The notes under the pieces were generated by a model. The model was not told the origin of the DNA and did no database searches. It saw nothing but the letters and a program-made list of their open reading frames with translations. From assembly GCA_026413965.1 (NCBI GenBank), contig JAOAJY010000002.1, positions 12,273-76,272 of the forward strand: a stretch of DNA of 64,000 nt, given 5' to 3'. The translations under genes and the position numbers were made by a program. Shown piece by piece: positions 16,831-26,326 of the stretch (position 1 is the stretch's first letter; each line of letters opens with the position of its first letter). This DNA comes from Candidatus Micrarchaeota archaeon (GTDB lineage: Archaea > Micrarchaeota > Micrarchaeia > Anstonellales > Anstonellaceae).

Positions 16831-16997
16831 TTGCTTTTGAAAATGTAGTATGCCAACACAAGGGCAATCAAGCCAAGCAGGACTCTGGAATAAGGCATAT
16901 AGGGCAAAGTTATGTCCACGCTTATTCCTAAGACAGGCATGAGCACCTGAAGGCCAATCAGAAAAAGCATCCCTGCAATAAAGCTTCTCAACTCCAT
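16827..16997 (-). CDS. Small two-TM membrane protein
   Basis: MELRSFIAGMLFLIGLQVLMPVLG...VLLGLIALVLAYYIF gives two hydrophobic helices. The start is chosen at the internal ATG. Confidence 0.4.
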   Translation of the reverse strand: MELRSFIAGMLFLIGLQVLMPVLGISVDITLPYMPYSRVLLGLIALVLAYYIFKSN

Positions 16998-17069
16998 TTT
17001 CCCACAGGCTAATTTTTGGAGCCTCATTTTAAAAGCTTTGATTTTGAATTTTTATGGGAGGTGGGAAGA

Positions 17070-17606
17070 ATGGAGATAAAAGTTGGGCAGTGCATGACCA
17101 TAGGGGTGTATACTCTTCCTGCTGACAAAACCGTCCAGGATGCCTCAAAGCTTCTGAAAAAAACCGGAGTGGGCTCGGTGATAATCACGCAAAAAGGGAA
17201 AGCAAAAGGAATAATCACTGAGAGGGACATTGTCTGCAAAGTGGTTGCCGAGGGCAAGGACCCAAAGAAAGTCAAGCTCAAGAACATAATGAGCAGGCCC
17301 TTGAAGGTGATAAAAGCAAGCGACACGGTGGAGACTGCTGCTTCTGCCTTGCGCGCCAACAAAGTCAAGCGCCTTCCTGTGCTGGACAAGAAAGGCAGGC
17401 TGGTTGGCATAATAACAGAAGGGGACCTGCTTCGCGTTTATCCAGGGATTGTGGATGTGATTTTGGAGACTGCAAGCCTGCGCGACTCCAAGCCAAATGA
17501 GTACATGGCAGGCGTTTGCGCAAGCTGCGGCTGCTTTTCCGAGGAGCTTCGCATGGACCAAGGAAAGCTCAAATGCGACGAGTGCATAGAAGAGTCCGAA
17601 ATTTGA
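17070..17606 (+). CDS. CBS-domain pair protein with C-terminal zinc ribbon
   Basis: Two CBS repeats (GVGSVIIT...GIITERDI and RLPVLDKKGRLVGIITEGDLL) are followed by CASCGC...CDEC. GGAGGTG lies upstream of the ATG at 17070. Confidence 0.8.
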   Translation: MEIKVGQCMTIGVYTLPADKTVQDASKLLKKTGVGSVIITQKGKAKGIITERDIVCKVVAEGKDPKKVKLKNIMSRPLKVIKASDTVETAASALRANKVKRLPVLDKKGRLVGIITEGDLLRVYPGIVDVILETASLRDSKPNEYMAGVCASCGCFSEELRMDQGKLKCDECIEESEI

Positions 17607-17607
17607 T

Positions 17608-18342
17608 TCACGAAAGCAAACCCACTATCGCATAAGCCAGAATCAGCCCTGCGGCAACCCAGGCAACCGCATCCCTTGGCTTTCCGTGGGCAAAGGCATC
17701 AGGCAAAAGCTCAAACAAGGTGACAAAAACCATTGCGCCTGCGGAGAAAGAGAGCGCCAGCGGAGCGATTGCCGAAACTGCCGAGAGGGCAGCATAGCCC
17801 AAGGCAGCTGCGGCTGCCTCAACTGCGCCTGAGAATGACCCCCATAATATCGAGTCCTTCTTCCTCACCCCGTAAGCGATAAGCGGAGCGGACACCACCA
17901 GCCCCTCTGGGAAATCCTGCGCTGCGATTGAAAGCGAGACCAGCCAGCCAAGCTGCGAAGAGGAGGCAAAAGAGGAGGCTATTGCAAAGCCTTCAGGAAT
18001 GTTGTGCAAGGTTATCGCGCCTGCTATCATAAGGGCCTTCTTCTCATGCCTGCCAATTCCTTGCTTTTTGAGGGCAGCATGGGCATGCGGAATCGCCCTT
18101 TCAAGCAAAAGCATGGCAGCCATGCCTGCGGCAAGGCCCATCAGGGTTTCCTGCATCCCTGACGAGGAGTATGAGCTTTCCAGCATCTCAATTGAGGCAA
18201 AAAGCATCACTCCTGATGAGAAGCTGAGCAAAGCAGCATGCTCTTGCCTGCCAAGCTTTCCTGCGAAAGCCAAGCAAGCCGCCCCAGCAGAAGTTGCCAA
18301 AAAAGCCAAAAGAGCCCCAAAAAACACAGGCGGGATTTCCAT
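17608..18342 (-). CDS. ZIP-family divalent metal (zinc) transporter
   Basis: HNIPEGFAIA and QDFPEGLVV motifs. Multi-TM protein of 244 aa. Confidence 0.8.
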   Translation of the reverse strand: MEIPPVFFGALLAFLATSAGAACLAFAGKLGRQEHAALLSFSSGVMLFASIEMLESSYSSSGMQETLMGLAAGMAAMLLLERAIPHAHAALKKQGIGRHEKKALMIAGAITLHNIPEGFAIASSFASSSQLGWLVSLSIAAQDFPEGLVVSAPLIAYGVRKKDSILWGSFSGAVEAAAAALGYAALSAVSAIAPLALSFSAGAMVFVTLFELLPDAFAHGKPRDAVAWVAAGLILAYAIVGLLS

Positions 18343-18395
18343 AAGCTTGGGCTTGCGAAGGCATGATTATTATTTTTTTGCTGCATGCTTTTCCC

Positions 18396-18782
18396 ATGGC
18401 GCTTGGGACCTACCGCAAAGGGGCGCGGGCAGAGCGCGAGCTTGTCCATTTTTTCTCAAAAAATGGCTTTGCGGTGATAAGGGCAGCAGGCTCAGGGGTG
18501 AATTCAATTTCGCCTGACCTTCTTGCGTTCAGGCAGGCGCGGCAGTATGCTATAGAATGCAAAGCCTGGGACTCAGGCAGGCTTTCATTTGGCAAGGAAA
18601 AAGTGGAAAAGATGAAGGAGTGGGAGGATGCCACAGGCATAACTTATCTTATAGGATGGAGGCTTCCGCGCCAAGGCTGGCTGTTTTTTCCGCCTCACGT
18701 GCTTGAGGAGCAGGAAAAGTCATTCTCAATCTCGCTTGAGAAAGCAAAGCTGGCGGCAAGAAAGCTTGAGGAGCTGCTTTAG
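18396..18782 (+). CDS. hjc: Holliday junction resolvase Hjc
   Basis: GTYRKGARAERELVHFFSKNGFAVIRAAGSG...SPDLLAF...YAIECKAW matches the archaeal Hjc nuclease core (E...D...E-x-K). Confidence 0.85.
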   Translation: MALGTYRKGARAERELVHFFSKNGFAVIRAAGSGVNSISPDLLAFRQARQYAIECKAWDSGRLSFGKEKVEKMKEWEDATGITYLIGWRLPRQGWLFFPPHVLEEQEKSFSISLEKAKLAARKLEELL

Positions 18783-18808
18783 GGAAGGCGGTTGCCAAAT
18801 TGCGCTTA

Positions 18809-18868
18809 GGCAGATGATGAGAAGTGCGACTCGGATTTGCGGTGAAGAGGTGACTTGACTCTGATGCC
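18809..18868 (+). ncRNA. C/D-box sRNA candidate (2'-O-methylation guide)
   Basis: GGCA-G-ATGATGA(C box)-11 nt-CGGA(D')-6 nt-GTGAAGA(C')-12 nt-CTGA(D box)-TGCC. The terminal GGCA/TGCC stem, the box order and the 11-12 nt spacers fit archaeal C/D sRNAs. D' and C' each differ from consensus at one position. Confidence 0.6.
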
Positions 18869-18979
18869 CAATTTCAGCCTCATTTTGCCTGGCGGCAAAT
18901 GCCGCGAAAGGAAGGGCTGCGCAATCTCCGGGCAATTCTTCAAGCCCAGGAAAAAATAGAAACTGAGGATGCGCCAGCC

Positions 18980-19195
18980 TCAGTTGTCTCTCATAGGGGG
19001 GAAGCCTATGTGCGCAAGAAGCTCATTTTTCTCTTTCTTGGAAAGCTTGGAGTGGCGCATTATTCCCTCTTTGAATATCCTTTTGTAGTCTTCTGCCTGC
19101 GCAGAGGACCACTCGTTCCTGCTGTGCCTTTGCTCCTGCAATGCCAAATGGCGGTTCCAAGCCCTCAATATCTCATTTTTCACTTCTTCGCTCAT
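18980..19195 (-). CDS. Hypothetical small protein
   Basis: 71-aa charged ORF with an ATG start. No motif was recognised. Confidence 0.35.
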   Translation of the reverse strand: MSEEVKNEILRAWNRHLALQEQRHSRNEWSSAQAEDYKRIFKEGIMRHSKLSKKEKNELLAHIGFPPMRDN

Positions 19196-19303
19196 TCACC
19201 TCACCTAAATGCGAAAGCCTAAGCAAGTCAATGCAAAGCGCTTGGCATAAGCCTTGAAACCTATCAAAAGGCGCAAGCTAGCTTATGGATAATCAAATTT
19301 AAA

Positions 19304-20425
19304 TTACTTTTTGCTTTGCACAAGCCGCAATCCCCATGCGGCAAAAGCAACCTCTGATATTGCGAAGGCGCCAAATAGGGCAAGATAGCCGTAGCTTGAG
19401 GCTATGAATCCTGCGGCTGCTGTGGATATAATCATTGACACATATGCAGGCGTGTTGACCAGCGCAAGCTCGGTGGCGCGCTTTTTGCTGCCTTTTATCG
19501 CAAGGTAGTTTATTTCCTCCCAAAGCACGCCCAAAAAGCCGTCTCCTGCCGCCATAATCAGGAAGAATATTGGGATGGCAGGCTTTCCAAAAGCCAGCAT
19601 TCCTGCTATGCCTGCCACAAACCCCAAAGCCCCAAAAAAGGCGGAGTGCTGGCTTGAGATTCTGGCGTGCGAAAGGATGTGGAGCATAATCCCGTTGGCT
19701 GCAAAATAGGCAAAATACAAAATCCCTATTTCAGACAGCGTAAAGCCCTGCAAGCTGAGGTAAATGGGCATGAGCATGTACACCATAGGCACATAAATCC
19801 AGCTTCCAACCGAAAGCACCAAGGCAGCCTCATAAAAAAGCTTTCCCTTGCCTCTTAGCGAAAAGTCAGAAAGGCCGGGCTTCTCAGCCGCTTTGTGCAG
19901 ATTTTTCAACTGCAAGGAGGAAAGAGCCATATAAAATGAAAGGCAAGCCATGGCTGAAAGCATCAAGTCAAATCCCGAGACAGCCGCAAGAGCCCAGACC
20001 GCCACTCCTCCTGCCGCATTGTAAAGCAGCCTTCCTGAAAGAAGAGAAGATGAGGCATAATGCTTCCTGTGGGGCTCAAGAGCCATCACAGATATCCGGT
20101 TCACCGAGAAAATCAGCGATTCCCTCAGCCCATCAAAAATCTTGCCTGCGGCAAACCAAGCCGGGCTGCTTCCCACAAGATAGCAAACCGATTGCAGAAG
20201 GTTGCAGCAGGCATTCCCAAAATAAACTGCCCTCTGGCCTGCAAAATCAGCAAGCCATGCGCCAGCCAGCCTCACCGCCAATTTGATGAAAGGGGAAAGC
20301 GAAAAGGCAATCCCTATTTCCGCAACCCCTATCCCCCGAGACTGCATCAGCAGAGGGATGAGCACAGTGGTCATGCCTGCGATGAAGGCATCCAGGAAAT
20401 TCAGGGTGTAAATCCTGCGAAGCAT
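19304..20425 (-). CDS. MFS-type transporter
   Basis: 373 aa with about 10-12 hydrophobic helices and a central loop, giving an MFS-like topology. Confidence 0.6.
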   Translation of the reverse strand: MLRRIYTLNFLDAFIAGMTTVLIPLLMQSRGIGVAEIGIAFSLSPFIKLAVRLAGAWLADFAGQRAVYFGNACCNLLQSVCYLVGSSPAWFAAGKIFDGLRESLIFSVNRISVMALEPHRKHYASSSLLSGRLLYNAAGGVAVWALAAVSGFDLMLSAMACLSFYMALSSLQLKNLHKAAEKPGLSDFSLRGKGKLFYEAALVLSVGSWIYVPMVYMLMPIYLSLQGFTLSEIGILYFAYFAANGIMLHILSHARISSQHSAFFGALGFVAGIAGMLAFGKPAIPIFFLIMAAGDGFLGVLWEEINYLAIKGSKKRATELALVNTPAYVSMIISTAAAGFIASSYGYLALFGAFAISEVAFAAWGLRLVQSKK

Positions 20426-20455
20426 GCGCTAACTTGGAAAGAAAAAAGTAAAAAG

Positions 20456-21031
20456 CTAGAACAAATCCAGCCCAAACTTCTCAGCGGTTGTTCGGATGTT
20501 TTCAATCCTCCTTTTCCCAAGCGAGTCGTTTCCTTTGCAGGCTTGCCAAAGCTCAGAAAGCAGCTTTTTTGTTGCTTTAAGGTTGCCATTTTTTCCGTCA
20601 AATACATACTGGTCGGCTTGCCCTGTCGCCACAAGGTCAAGCCCCTTAATGAATCTCCCCAGCGCTTCCTTATCCTTCGCCTCCAATGATTCTCCTTCTC
20701 TTAGTTTCTTCAGGCATCCTGATATTCTTTCTATGGAAAGCCTTGAGGCAAGTCTTTCCCGGGAGTCAATAGGCGCTGAAAGCCTGGCTTTGAAGCTCAT
20801 TCGCTCCGACTCCATGCGTGTTGCTGTCAAAAGGGAATCTCTCAGACACTCTATTATGCTTTGGATGGTTTTTGTGTCTTTAAGGATGGAGCAGTCTGCA
20901 TTGCGTTCTGCTTGTGCTTCCAAAAGAGGCTCTTTTTTCTGCAAAGGTGCGCCTCTTTTTCCTTCCATCCGCGCCTGCTTTTCTCCTTCTGATTCTGATA
21001 AAGAAACATTCCTGCGACTCAAAAACACCAC
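20456..21031 (-). CDS. Hypothetical protein
   Basis: 191-aa ORF with normal composition. The overlapping plus-strand ORF 20496..21050 is Ser/Leu-rich and shadow-like. Confidence 0.45.
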   Translation of the reverse strand: MVFLSRRNVSLSESEGEKQARMEGKRGAPLQKKEPLLEAQAERNADCSILKDTKTIQSIIECLRDSLLTATRMESERMSFKARLSAPIDSRERLASRLSIERISGCLKKLREGESLEAKDKEALGRFIKGLDLVATGQADQYVFDGKNGNLKATKKLLSELWQACKGNDSLGKRRIENIRTTAEKFGLDLF

Positions 21032-21111
21032 CTCTCAACTAACTTGTTAATTACAATTTTTATACGTATCCATTTTTATATACCCATTTGCTTGCTGGCG
21101 CCATTAGTCTG

Positions 21112-21121
21112 ATTTTTATAT
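21112..21121 (+). promoter_or_regulatory. TATA-like box for tRNA-His
   Basis: ATTTTTATAT centred about 30 nt upstream of the tRNA. Two further ATTTTTATA copies at ~21056 and ~21072 may serve the divergent gene. Confidence 0.5.
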
Positions 21122-21146
21122 CCATCTTGCATAAATTTGATTCTGT

Positions 21147-21218
21147 GGCCACGGTGGTGTAACGGTAGCACGGGGGCCTGTGGAGCCCTTAGCCCGAGTT
21201 CGAGTCTCGGCTGTGGCC
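21147..21218 (+). tRNA. tRNA-His(GUG), uninterrupted, with encoded G-1
   Basis: G(-1)-GCCACGG-TG-GTGT-AACGGTA-GCAC-G-GGGGC-CTGTGGA-GCCCT-TAGC-CCGAG-TTCGAGT-CTCGG-CTGTGGC-C. G-1 opposite C73 is the His hallmark. Confidence 0.9.
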
Positions 21219-21284
21219 CTGCTGTCTGCGCTAAAGCTTAGGCGCCTGGCAAAATCTCTTAAATCTCACAGGTGAAATTCTTCC

Positions 21285-21887
21285 ATGAAGGCTCCGGTGC
21301 TTCTGGTTTTGCTGCTTGCGGTGGCAGTCGCAGTGGCATTCTTCATCTTCTCCAAGCCCTCCTACCCTCTCACAGAGGAAGACGCCAAGAAGTATTTCAT
21401 GGAGGACCTTGCGGAAAAATATCCGGATGCCGATGTGCGGGAGATAGTTGAAATAATCTCGCTTAATTCAAGCGATGGCGCTCATTTTTACCAGCTTAAG
21501 GCAAGGGTGACTCGCGGCCTTCACACACCCTGCCCTGAAAGGCTGGATGTCCATTATGACTATCCGCCCAAGAATTTCATAGCCCAGCCTCCTGCCTACA
21601 TCACAAAAGGCTGCAAAATCTGCATAGGGGTGGAAAAATGCGTGCTTGCTTTTCCAGAGGAGGCAATAATCGCCTCGCACACCTACAGCGGAGCCGAAAG
21701 CGTCGCCTCCTTCATCAGGCAGCACTCCGACGCAAAGCCGAATGCAAAGTTCATGGAGAGCTTCAGGGGGTTTTCGGACGTGTGGCTGGTCAGCTGGTCC
21801 TCTGAATCCTCGGGCAAGTCCTACTTGGTGGTCCTCTCAAAAACCCAAAACAAAATCCTCTCAGTCGAAGAGCTTCAGCCTGCCTGA
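21285..21887 (+). CDS. Hypothetical secreted or membrane-anchored protein
   Basis: N-terminal hydrophobic anchor MKAPVLLVLLLAVAVAVAFFIF and several Cys residues in the ectodomain. Confidence 0.55.
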   Translation: MKAPVLLVLLLAVAVAVAFFIFSKPSYPLTEEDAKKYFMEDLAEKYPDADVREIVEIISLNSSDGAHFYQLKARVTRGLHTPCPERLDVHYDYPPKNFIAQPPAYITKGCKICIGVEKCVLAFPEEAIIASHTYSGAESVASFIRQHSDAKPNAKFMESFRGFSDVWLVSWSSESSGKSYLVVLSKTQNKILSVEELQPA

Positions 21888-23647
21888 AATGAATAATAGT
21901 ATTCTCCTGCCTCCTTCTGCTCCCTGTCCAAAGCCGAGCCGGGCTTGTTTATCCTAGGCCTTTTGGAGTCCTTGTCCCTCCTCAATGTTATCCCCACTGA
22001 GCGAAGGAAGCGGTTCATTCCCTCCCTTTTTTCGCATGGGGCGAAAGCCGCCCCTTCCTTGCCAGGCTCGCCCTGGAAAACCACCATCCTGGAGGAGATT
22101 GCGTCAAGAAGAACCAAGTCGTGGTCAATGACAAATGCGCATTTTTTCGTTCCGCTTATGGCAGACTGCAAAAGCGAGGCGAACTCCAGCCTCTGCTCAA
22201 TGTCCAAAAATGCGGAAGGCTCGTCAAAAAGGTACAGGTCTGCCTCTTTCGACAGCGCAAGGGCTATAGCCACCCTCTGAAGCTCCCCGCCTGAAAGCGA
22301 GGATATCTTCTTGTCCATCAGGCTGTTGATGGCAAGCCTCCTTCTAGCCTGCTCCAAAATGAAGGCGTCCAAGCCTTCCTTCCCCAAAAGGCTTCTGACT
22401 TCCTCCTCGCCCTCAGCCTTGACATGCTGCGGCTTGTAGGAAACCCTAAGAAGAGAAAGCACCTCTGCGTTGTCCGGCTTTTCCGCCCCTGCAATCATCC
22501 TCAAAAAGACGCTTTTTCCAAGCGCATTCTCCCCCAGAATGCCTATGATTTCTCCCTCCATTATGCTTCCAGGCTCGCAGCGGAAGCTGAAGCGCGGATA
22601 GCTTTTGCTCAAGGAAGGGTAGGAGAATCTCGCCTGCGCTTTTGCCTGCGGCGCAGAGGCGCAGGAGAACTCAATCTTATGGTCCCTGAACCTCACATTC
22701 TCATCAGTCAGGAACCCTTCCAAGTATTCGTTTATTCCTGCCCGCGCGGACTTCACTCCTGACACCACCCCATACGCATTCTCCTGGCCGTAGAATATGT
22801 GCACATAGTCTGAAAGGTAGTCAAATATCGCCAAGTCATGCTCCACAACCACCACGCTTCTTTCCTCAGAAAGCTTTTTGAGGGCGTGCGCGGCAGAAAG
22901 CCTCTGCTTTATGTCAAGATATGCGGCAGGCTCGTCAAAGTAGTAAAGCTGGGCGTCCTTGCAGTATGCTGCCGCAATGGCAAGCCTCTGAAGCTCGCCT
23001 CCAGAAAGCTCCCCAACATCCTTGTCCAAAATCCGCTCCAGGCCAAAAAGCTTCGTGGCTTCCGCTGCAGCCTTGCGCTCGTCATTTTTCTCCAAAAGCT
23101 CACGCGCCTTGCCTTTGAAGGCTTCCGGTATTTTGTGTATGTTCTGCGGCTTGGCTGAGATTTTGAGCTTGCGGTCTGAAAGCATGCGGAAGTGGTTTTG
23201 CAGCTCAGGCGGCAGCCTTCTGCAAATCTCCCGCAACGGGCGGCTCTCTCCAAACTCCGCGAAATTCGGCTGCAGCTGCCCTGCCATCAGCTTGAGCGCA
23301 GTGCTTTTCCCAATCCCGTTTTTGCCTATCAGCCCCACCACCCCGTTTTGCGGAAGCGGCAAGCCATAGAGCCTGAAAGCATTGATCGCATACTGGAAAA
23401 TGGGAGCCTGCATCTCGGTTGCGAGGTTGATGATGGTTATGCAATCCACCGGGCATTTTTTCGGGCATATGCCGCAGCCGGTGCAAAGCACCTCGGATAT
23501 GACAGGATAGCCGTCAGCATCTACGACAACAGTCTCCTCGCCCATGCGCACTCCAGGGCAAACTTTCATGCATATGTAGCCGCACTTTTCCTTTATGCAC
23601 TTCTGCCTGTCGATTATGGCTATCCTGGTCTTGCCCATAAGCTCCAT
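21875..23647 (-). CDS. ABCE1 / RNase L inhibitor-type ribosome-recycling ABC ATPase
   Basis: The N-terminal 4Fe-4S ferredoxin pair (CGYICMKVCP and CTGCGICPKKCP) is followed by two ABC cassettes (GKNGIGKST, LSGGELQR; GENALGKS, LSGGELQR). The start is set at the internal ATG (MELMGKTRIAIID). Confidence 0.9.
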   Translation of the reverse strand: MELMGKTRIAIIDRQKCIKEKCGYICMKVCPGVRMGEETVVVDADGYPVISEVLCTGCGICPKKCPVDCITIINLATEMQAPIFQYAINAFRLYGLPLPQNGVVGLIGKNGIGKSTALKLMAGQLQPNFAEFGESRPLREICRRLPPELQNHFRMLSDRKLKISAKPQNIHKIPEAFKGKARELLEKNDERKAAAEATKLFGLERILDKDVGELSGGELQRLAIAAAYCKDAQLYYFDEPAAYLDIKQRLSAAHALKKLSEERSVVVVEHDLAIFDYLSDYVHIFYGQENAYGVVSGVKSARAGINEYLEGFLTDENVRFRDHKIEFSCASAPQAKAQARFSYPSLSKSYPRFSFRCEPGSIMEGEIIGILGENALGKSVFLRMIAGAEKPDNAEVLSLLRVSYKPQHVKAEGEEEVRSLLGKEGLDAFILEQARRRLAINSLMDKKISSLSGGELQRVAIALALSKEADLYLFDEPSAFLDIEQRLEFASLLQSAISGTKKCAFVIDHDLVLLDAISSRMVVFQGEPGKEGAAFAPCEKREGMNRFLRSVGITLRRDKDSKRPRINKPGSALDREQKEAGEYYYSFQAG

Positions 23648-23793
23648 ATCAATCCTTCCTGCTTTGCGCTTCTTCGCTTTTATTCCTGCCTTCTTGAAAA
23701 AAAGGGAGAAGCCCAATTTCTTGTTGGAATTAGTGTAAATACAAGATATATTTAAATAGGCTTGCTGGCAAAATCAAAAGATTGGGGAGGAGA

Positions 23794-25179
23794 ATGGAGC
23801 AGCTTCAGCCACAAGGAAAGCAGGCGCCGGCTTCAAGCTCAAGCACTCCTTGCAGAGGGGCGCTGCAGGAAAGCAAAAGGGCAAGCGCATTCATGAAAGA
23901 GCATCCCCTTTCAAGCAGGTTTCTTGCGGTTGCAGACTGGGGGCAATCCCCCTGGAAAATACAGCACATAGTCTCCGAGGCGGTGCTTTGCTTTGAGAGG
24001 AACTCCTCTGACCCTGAGAAAAGAAAGATAGCCGCGGACGTGTATGCAACAATCAACCTTCGGATTGAGGCAGCCAAGGAGCTTTACAGCTCCATCCTTT
24101 CTGAAAACGGCGAGAAGTCTGAGATTGCTGCCAAGCTGCGCAACGACATTTCATTCATGGAGAACATGCGCAACGTCATTGATGCGCAGGTCAATGGGCT
24201 GATATCCCGGCAAAACAGCTGGAAGAAGCGGGCAGAGGATGTGCAGAAAAGATACGATGAGCTTATAAGGATGAAAAGCTGGTGGGACAACGTCCGCTCC
24301 AGATTTCCATGGGTGTATATTCCGGTTGGCGTTGCGGCAGGCGCAGTCGCCTCCTGGTTCACTGACGGCTGGAACGCCGCCACCAGCCTCACGCAATACC
24401 TGTTCCATCTTGCGCACGGAAGCAAGCTCATTTTGGACAGCATGAAGGCGATAGTGGATTTTGCATTCGGGGCAGCAAGCGCGGCAGCCGGGGCGCTTGC
24501 CGCAAGCAAAGCCGCAAAATCCGCCTGGGCGCAAAGCCTTTGCGATGCGCTTGCAAAGCCAAAGGAGGAGATCAAAAAGCGCCTCCCAGCGATAGGCGGT
24601 TTTGCTGGGGCAGCTGCAGGGCTTTTGGTTTTCGCCTCAGGAGCGCTTGATGGCGCCATTTCGTTTTTCAGGGAGGTTGCGCAAAAGCTCCACACAGACC
24701 CGCAGATAGACAAATTCATAGACCCAATAGTCAAGCTTGGCTGGAATTTGGGAGGCATGTTCTTCTTTGGCTGGTTTTTGCAGAAAATGGACCAGAAAGC
24801 ATTCGCAAGGAAAGAGAGGCTTCTGAATGAGTGCGAGGCAAAGCAGCTTGAGATAGTCAATGAGGAGAAGGTTTTCCGCAGGAAGATAATTGCCATAATA
24901 AAGCAGAAGGCAATAGAGCTCCATGCCAAATACGGCTACTTCGCCGAGCTTGACAAGGAGGATGTTGAGGCTCTGCGCCTTGCCGAGGCAGGCGACTGGC
25001 AAGCCCTCAACGCTTTGCACAAGGAAAGGATGAGGAGAATATTCAAAGATGAGAACATCCCAGACGAATACCTAGCTGGCGCAGAAGCCGACTCCCGCTC
25101 CACAGACTTGGTGGTGCAATCCCCGCAATCAAAGCCCAGCCCCCAGCAGCAAAGCCAGAAAGAAAAGGATGATGGCTGA
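23794..25179 (+). CDS. Hypothetical membrane / coiled-coil protein between ABCE1 and Pelota
   Basis: ATG at 23794 preceded by GGGGAGGAG. There are helical, charged N- and C-terminal regions, four Gly/Ala-rich hydrophobic segments (e.g. WVYIPVGVAAGAVASWF, LPAIGGFAGAAAGLLVFASGAL) and a Q/S/P-rich tail. No family was recognised. Confidence 0.6.
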   Translation: MEQLQPQGKQAPASSSSTPCRGALQESKRASAFMKEHPLSSRFLAVADWGQSPWKIQHIVSEAVLCFERNSSDPEKRKIAADVYATINLRIEAAKELYSSILSENGEKSEIAAKLRNDISFMENMRNVIDAQVNGLISRQNSWKKRAEDVQKRYDELIRMKSWWDNVRSRFPWVYIPVGVAAGAVASWFTDGWNAATSLTQYLFHLAHGSKLILDSMKAIVDFAFGAASAAAGALAASKAAKSAWAQSLCDALAKPKEEIKKRLPAIGGFAGAAAGLLVFASGALDGAISFFREVAQKLHTDPQIDKFIDPIVKLGWNLGGMFFFGWFLQKMDQKAFARKERLLNECEAKQLEIVNEEKVFRRKIIAIIKQKAIELHAKYGYFAELDKEDVEALRLAEAGDWQALNALHKERMRRIFKDENIPDEYLAGAEADSRSTDLVVQSPQSKPSPQQQSQKEKDDG

Positions 25180-25217
25180 AAGGGGGATTTTTAATTTGCT
25201 TCTTTCCTTGAATAACC

Positions 25218-26258
25218 ATGCGGATAGGCAAGCAGGATGTCAAGGAAGGGGAGATTCGCCTTACCCCTGAAAATACCGAGGATTTGTGGCACATAGATAG
25301 GCTGCTTTCGCCAGGGGACCGCATACTTGCCGCATCTTTCAGGAGGTTCAAGGCAAATGAGGGCGATGCTGGGGAGAAGAAAAAGGTCACTTTGAAGCTG
25401 CTTGTGGAGAAGGCGGAATTCTCAAAGCACGCGAACCGCCTGCGCGTCACCGGCAAGATACTTGAGGGCACTCCTGAGGAATATGTCCAGATAGGCTCAT
25501 ACCACACAGTTGACATTGAGGCAGGCTATCCTGTCTCCATATTCAAGGACAAATGGCTTTCGCACCATCTTGCGCGCATAAAGCAGGCGATTGGCGAGAC
25601 CAAGAGGCCAAAAATAGGCATGCTTGCGATGGACGAGCACAAAGCCATCTATGCCACCCTGCGCGGCTACGGAGTGGAATATGAGCTTGAGCTGGAGAAT
25701 TCAGCAAGCAAAAGGGACGGAAAATTTGAGGAGAAGACCTTGGCTTTTTTCGAGCAGATAATAAAGAAGCTGCAATCCTCTGAGGCAAGCAAGATAATAG
25801 TGGCAGGGCCTGGCTTTGGAAAGGAGAACCTCATGAAGCTGATAAGGCAAAAATTCCCTGAGCTTTCCAAAAAGCTGGTGCTGGAGCACTGCTCTTATGC
25901 CGAAAGGTCAGGCATAAACGAGCTTCTGAAAAAAGGAGTGGTCAGCAAGATTTCGCAGCAGGAGAGGGCAGAGCGCGAGCTTATGCTGATGGACAAGTTC
26001 TCAGCCGAGCTTCGCAAGGGCTCAGGCCTTGCGGCATACGGCATAGAGGAAGTCCGGCAAGCCGTCTTGTCCTCCGCAGCCTCCATCCTCATGGTGGTCG
26101 ATGAGCTTCTGCGGAGCAACAAGCAGGTTGAGGAGATTGTGGAGGAAGCTGAGAAGCGCAAGATTGTAGTAGCGATTTTCTCCCATGATTCTGATGGCGG
26201 GCGGGAGCTTTCAGGATACGGAGGCTTTGCTGCTTTGCTGAGATTCAAAATAAGCTGA
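25218..26258 (+). CDS. Pelota (Dom34) mRNA surveillance / ribosome rescue factor
   Basis: N-terminus MRIGKQDVKEGEIRLTPENTEDLWHIDRLLSPGDRI plus eRF1-like central and C-terminal domains. 346 aa. Confidence 0.9.
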   Translation: MRIGKQDVKEGEIRLTPENTEDLWHIDRLLSPGDRILAASFRRFKANEGDAGEKKKVTLKLLVEKAEFSKHANRLRVTGKILEGTPEEYVQIGSYHTVDIEAGYPVSIFKDKWLSHHLARIKQAIGETKRPKIGMLAMDEHKAIYATLRGYGVEYELELENSASKRDGKFEEKTLAFFEQIIKKLQSSEASKIIVAGPGFGKENLMKLIRQKFPELSKKLVLEHCSYAERSGINELLKKGVVSKISQQERAERELMLMDKFSAELRKGSGLAAYGIEEVRQAVLSSAASILMVVDELLRSNKQVEEIVEEAEKRKIVVAIFSHDSDGGRELSGYGGFAALLRFKIS

Positions 26259-26326
26259 GGCCTTGGGCAGACGGCAGCTTCCGGTCGGGTGACTCCGCCT
26301 GCTGCCCATCTGCCTCAAGCGCGAAG

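Noticed and set aside
19275-19284. A 10-nt palindrome, AAGCTAGCTT, downstream of the MFS transporter gene (3' of its stop).
   Set aside because: It is short enough to occur by chance, and nothing else supports a regulatory role.
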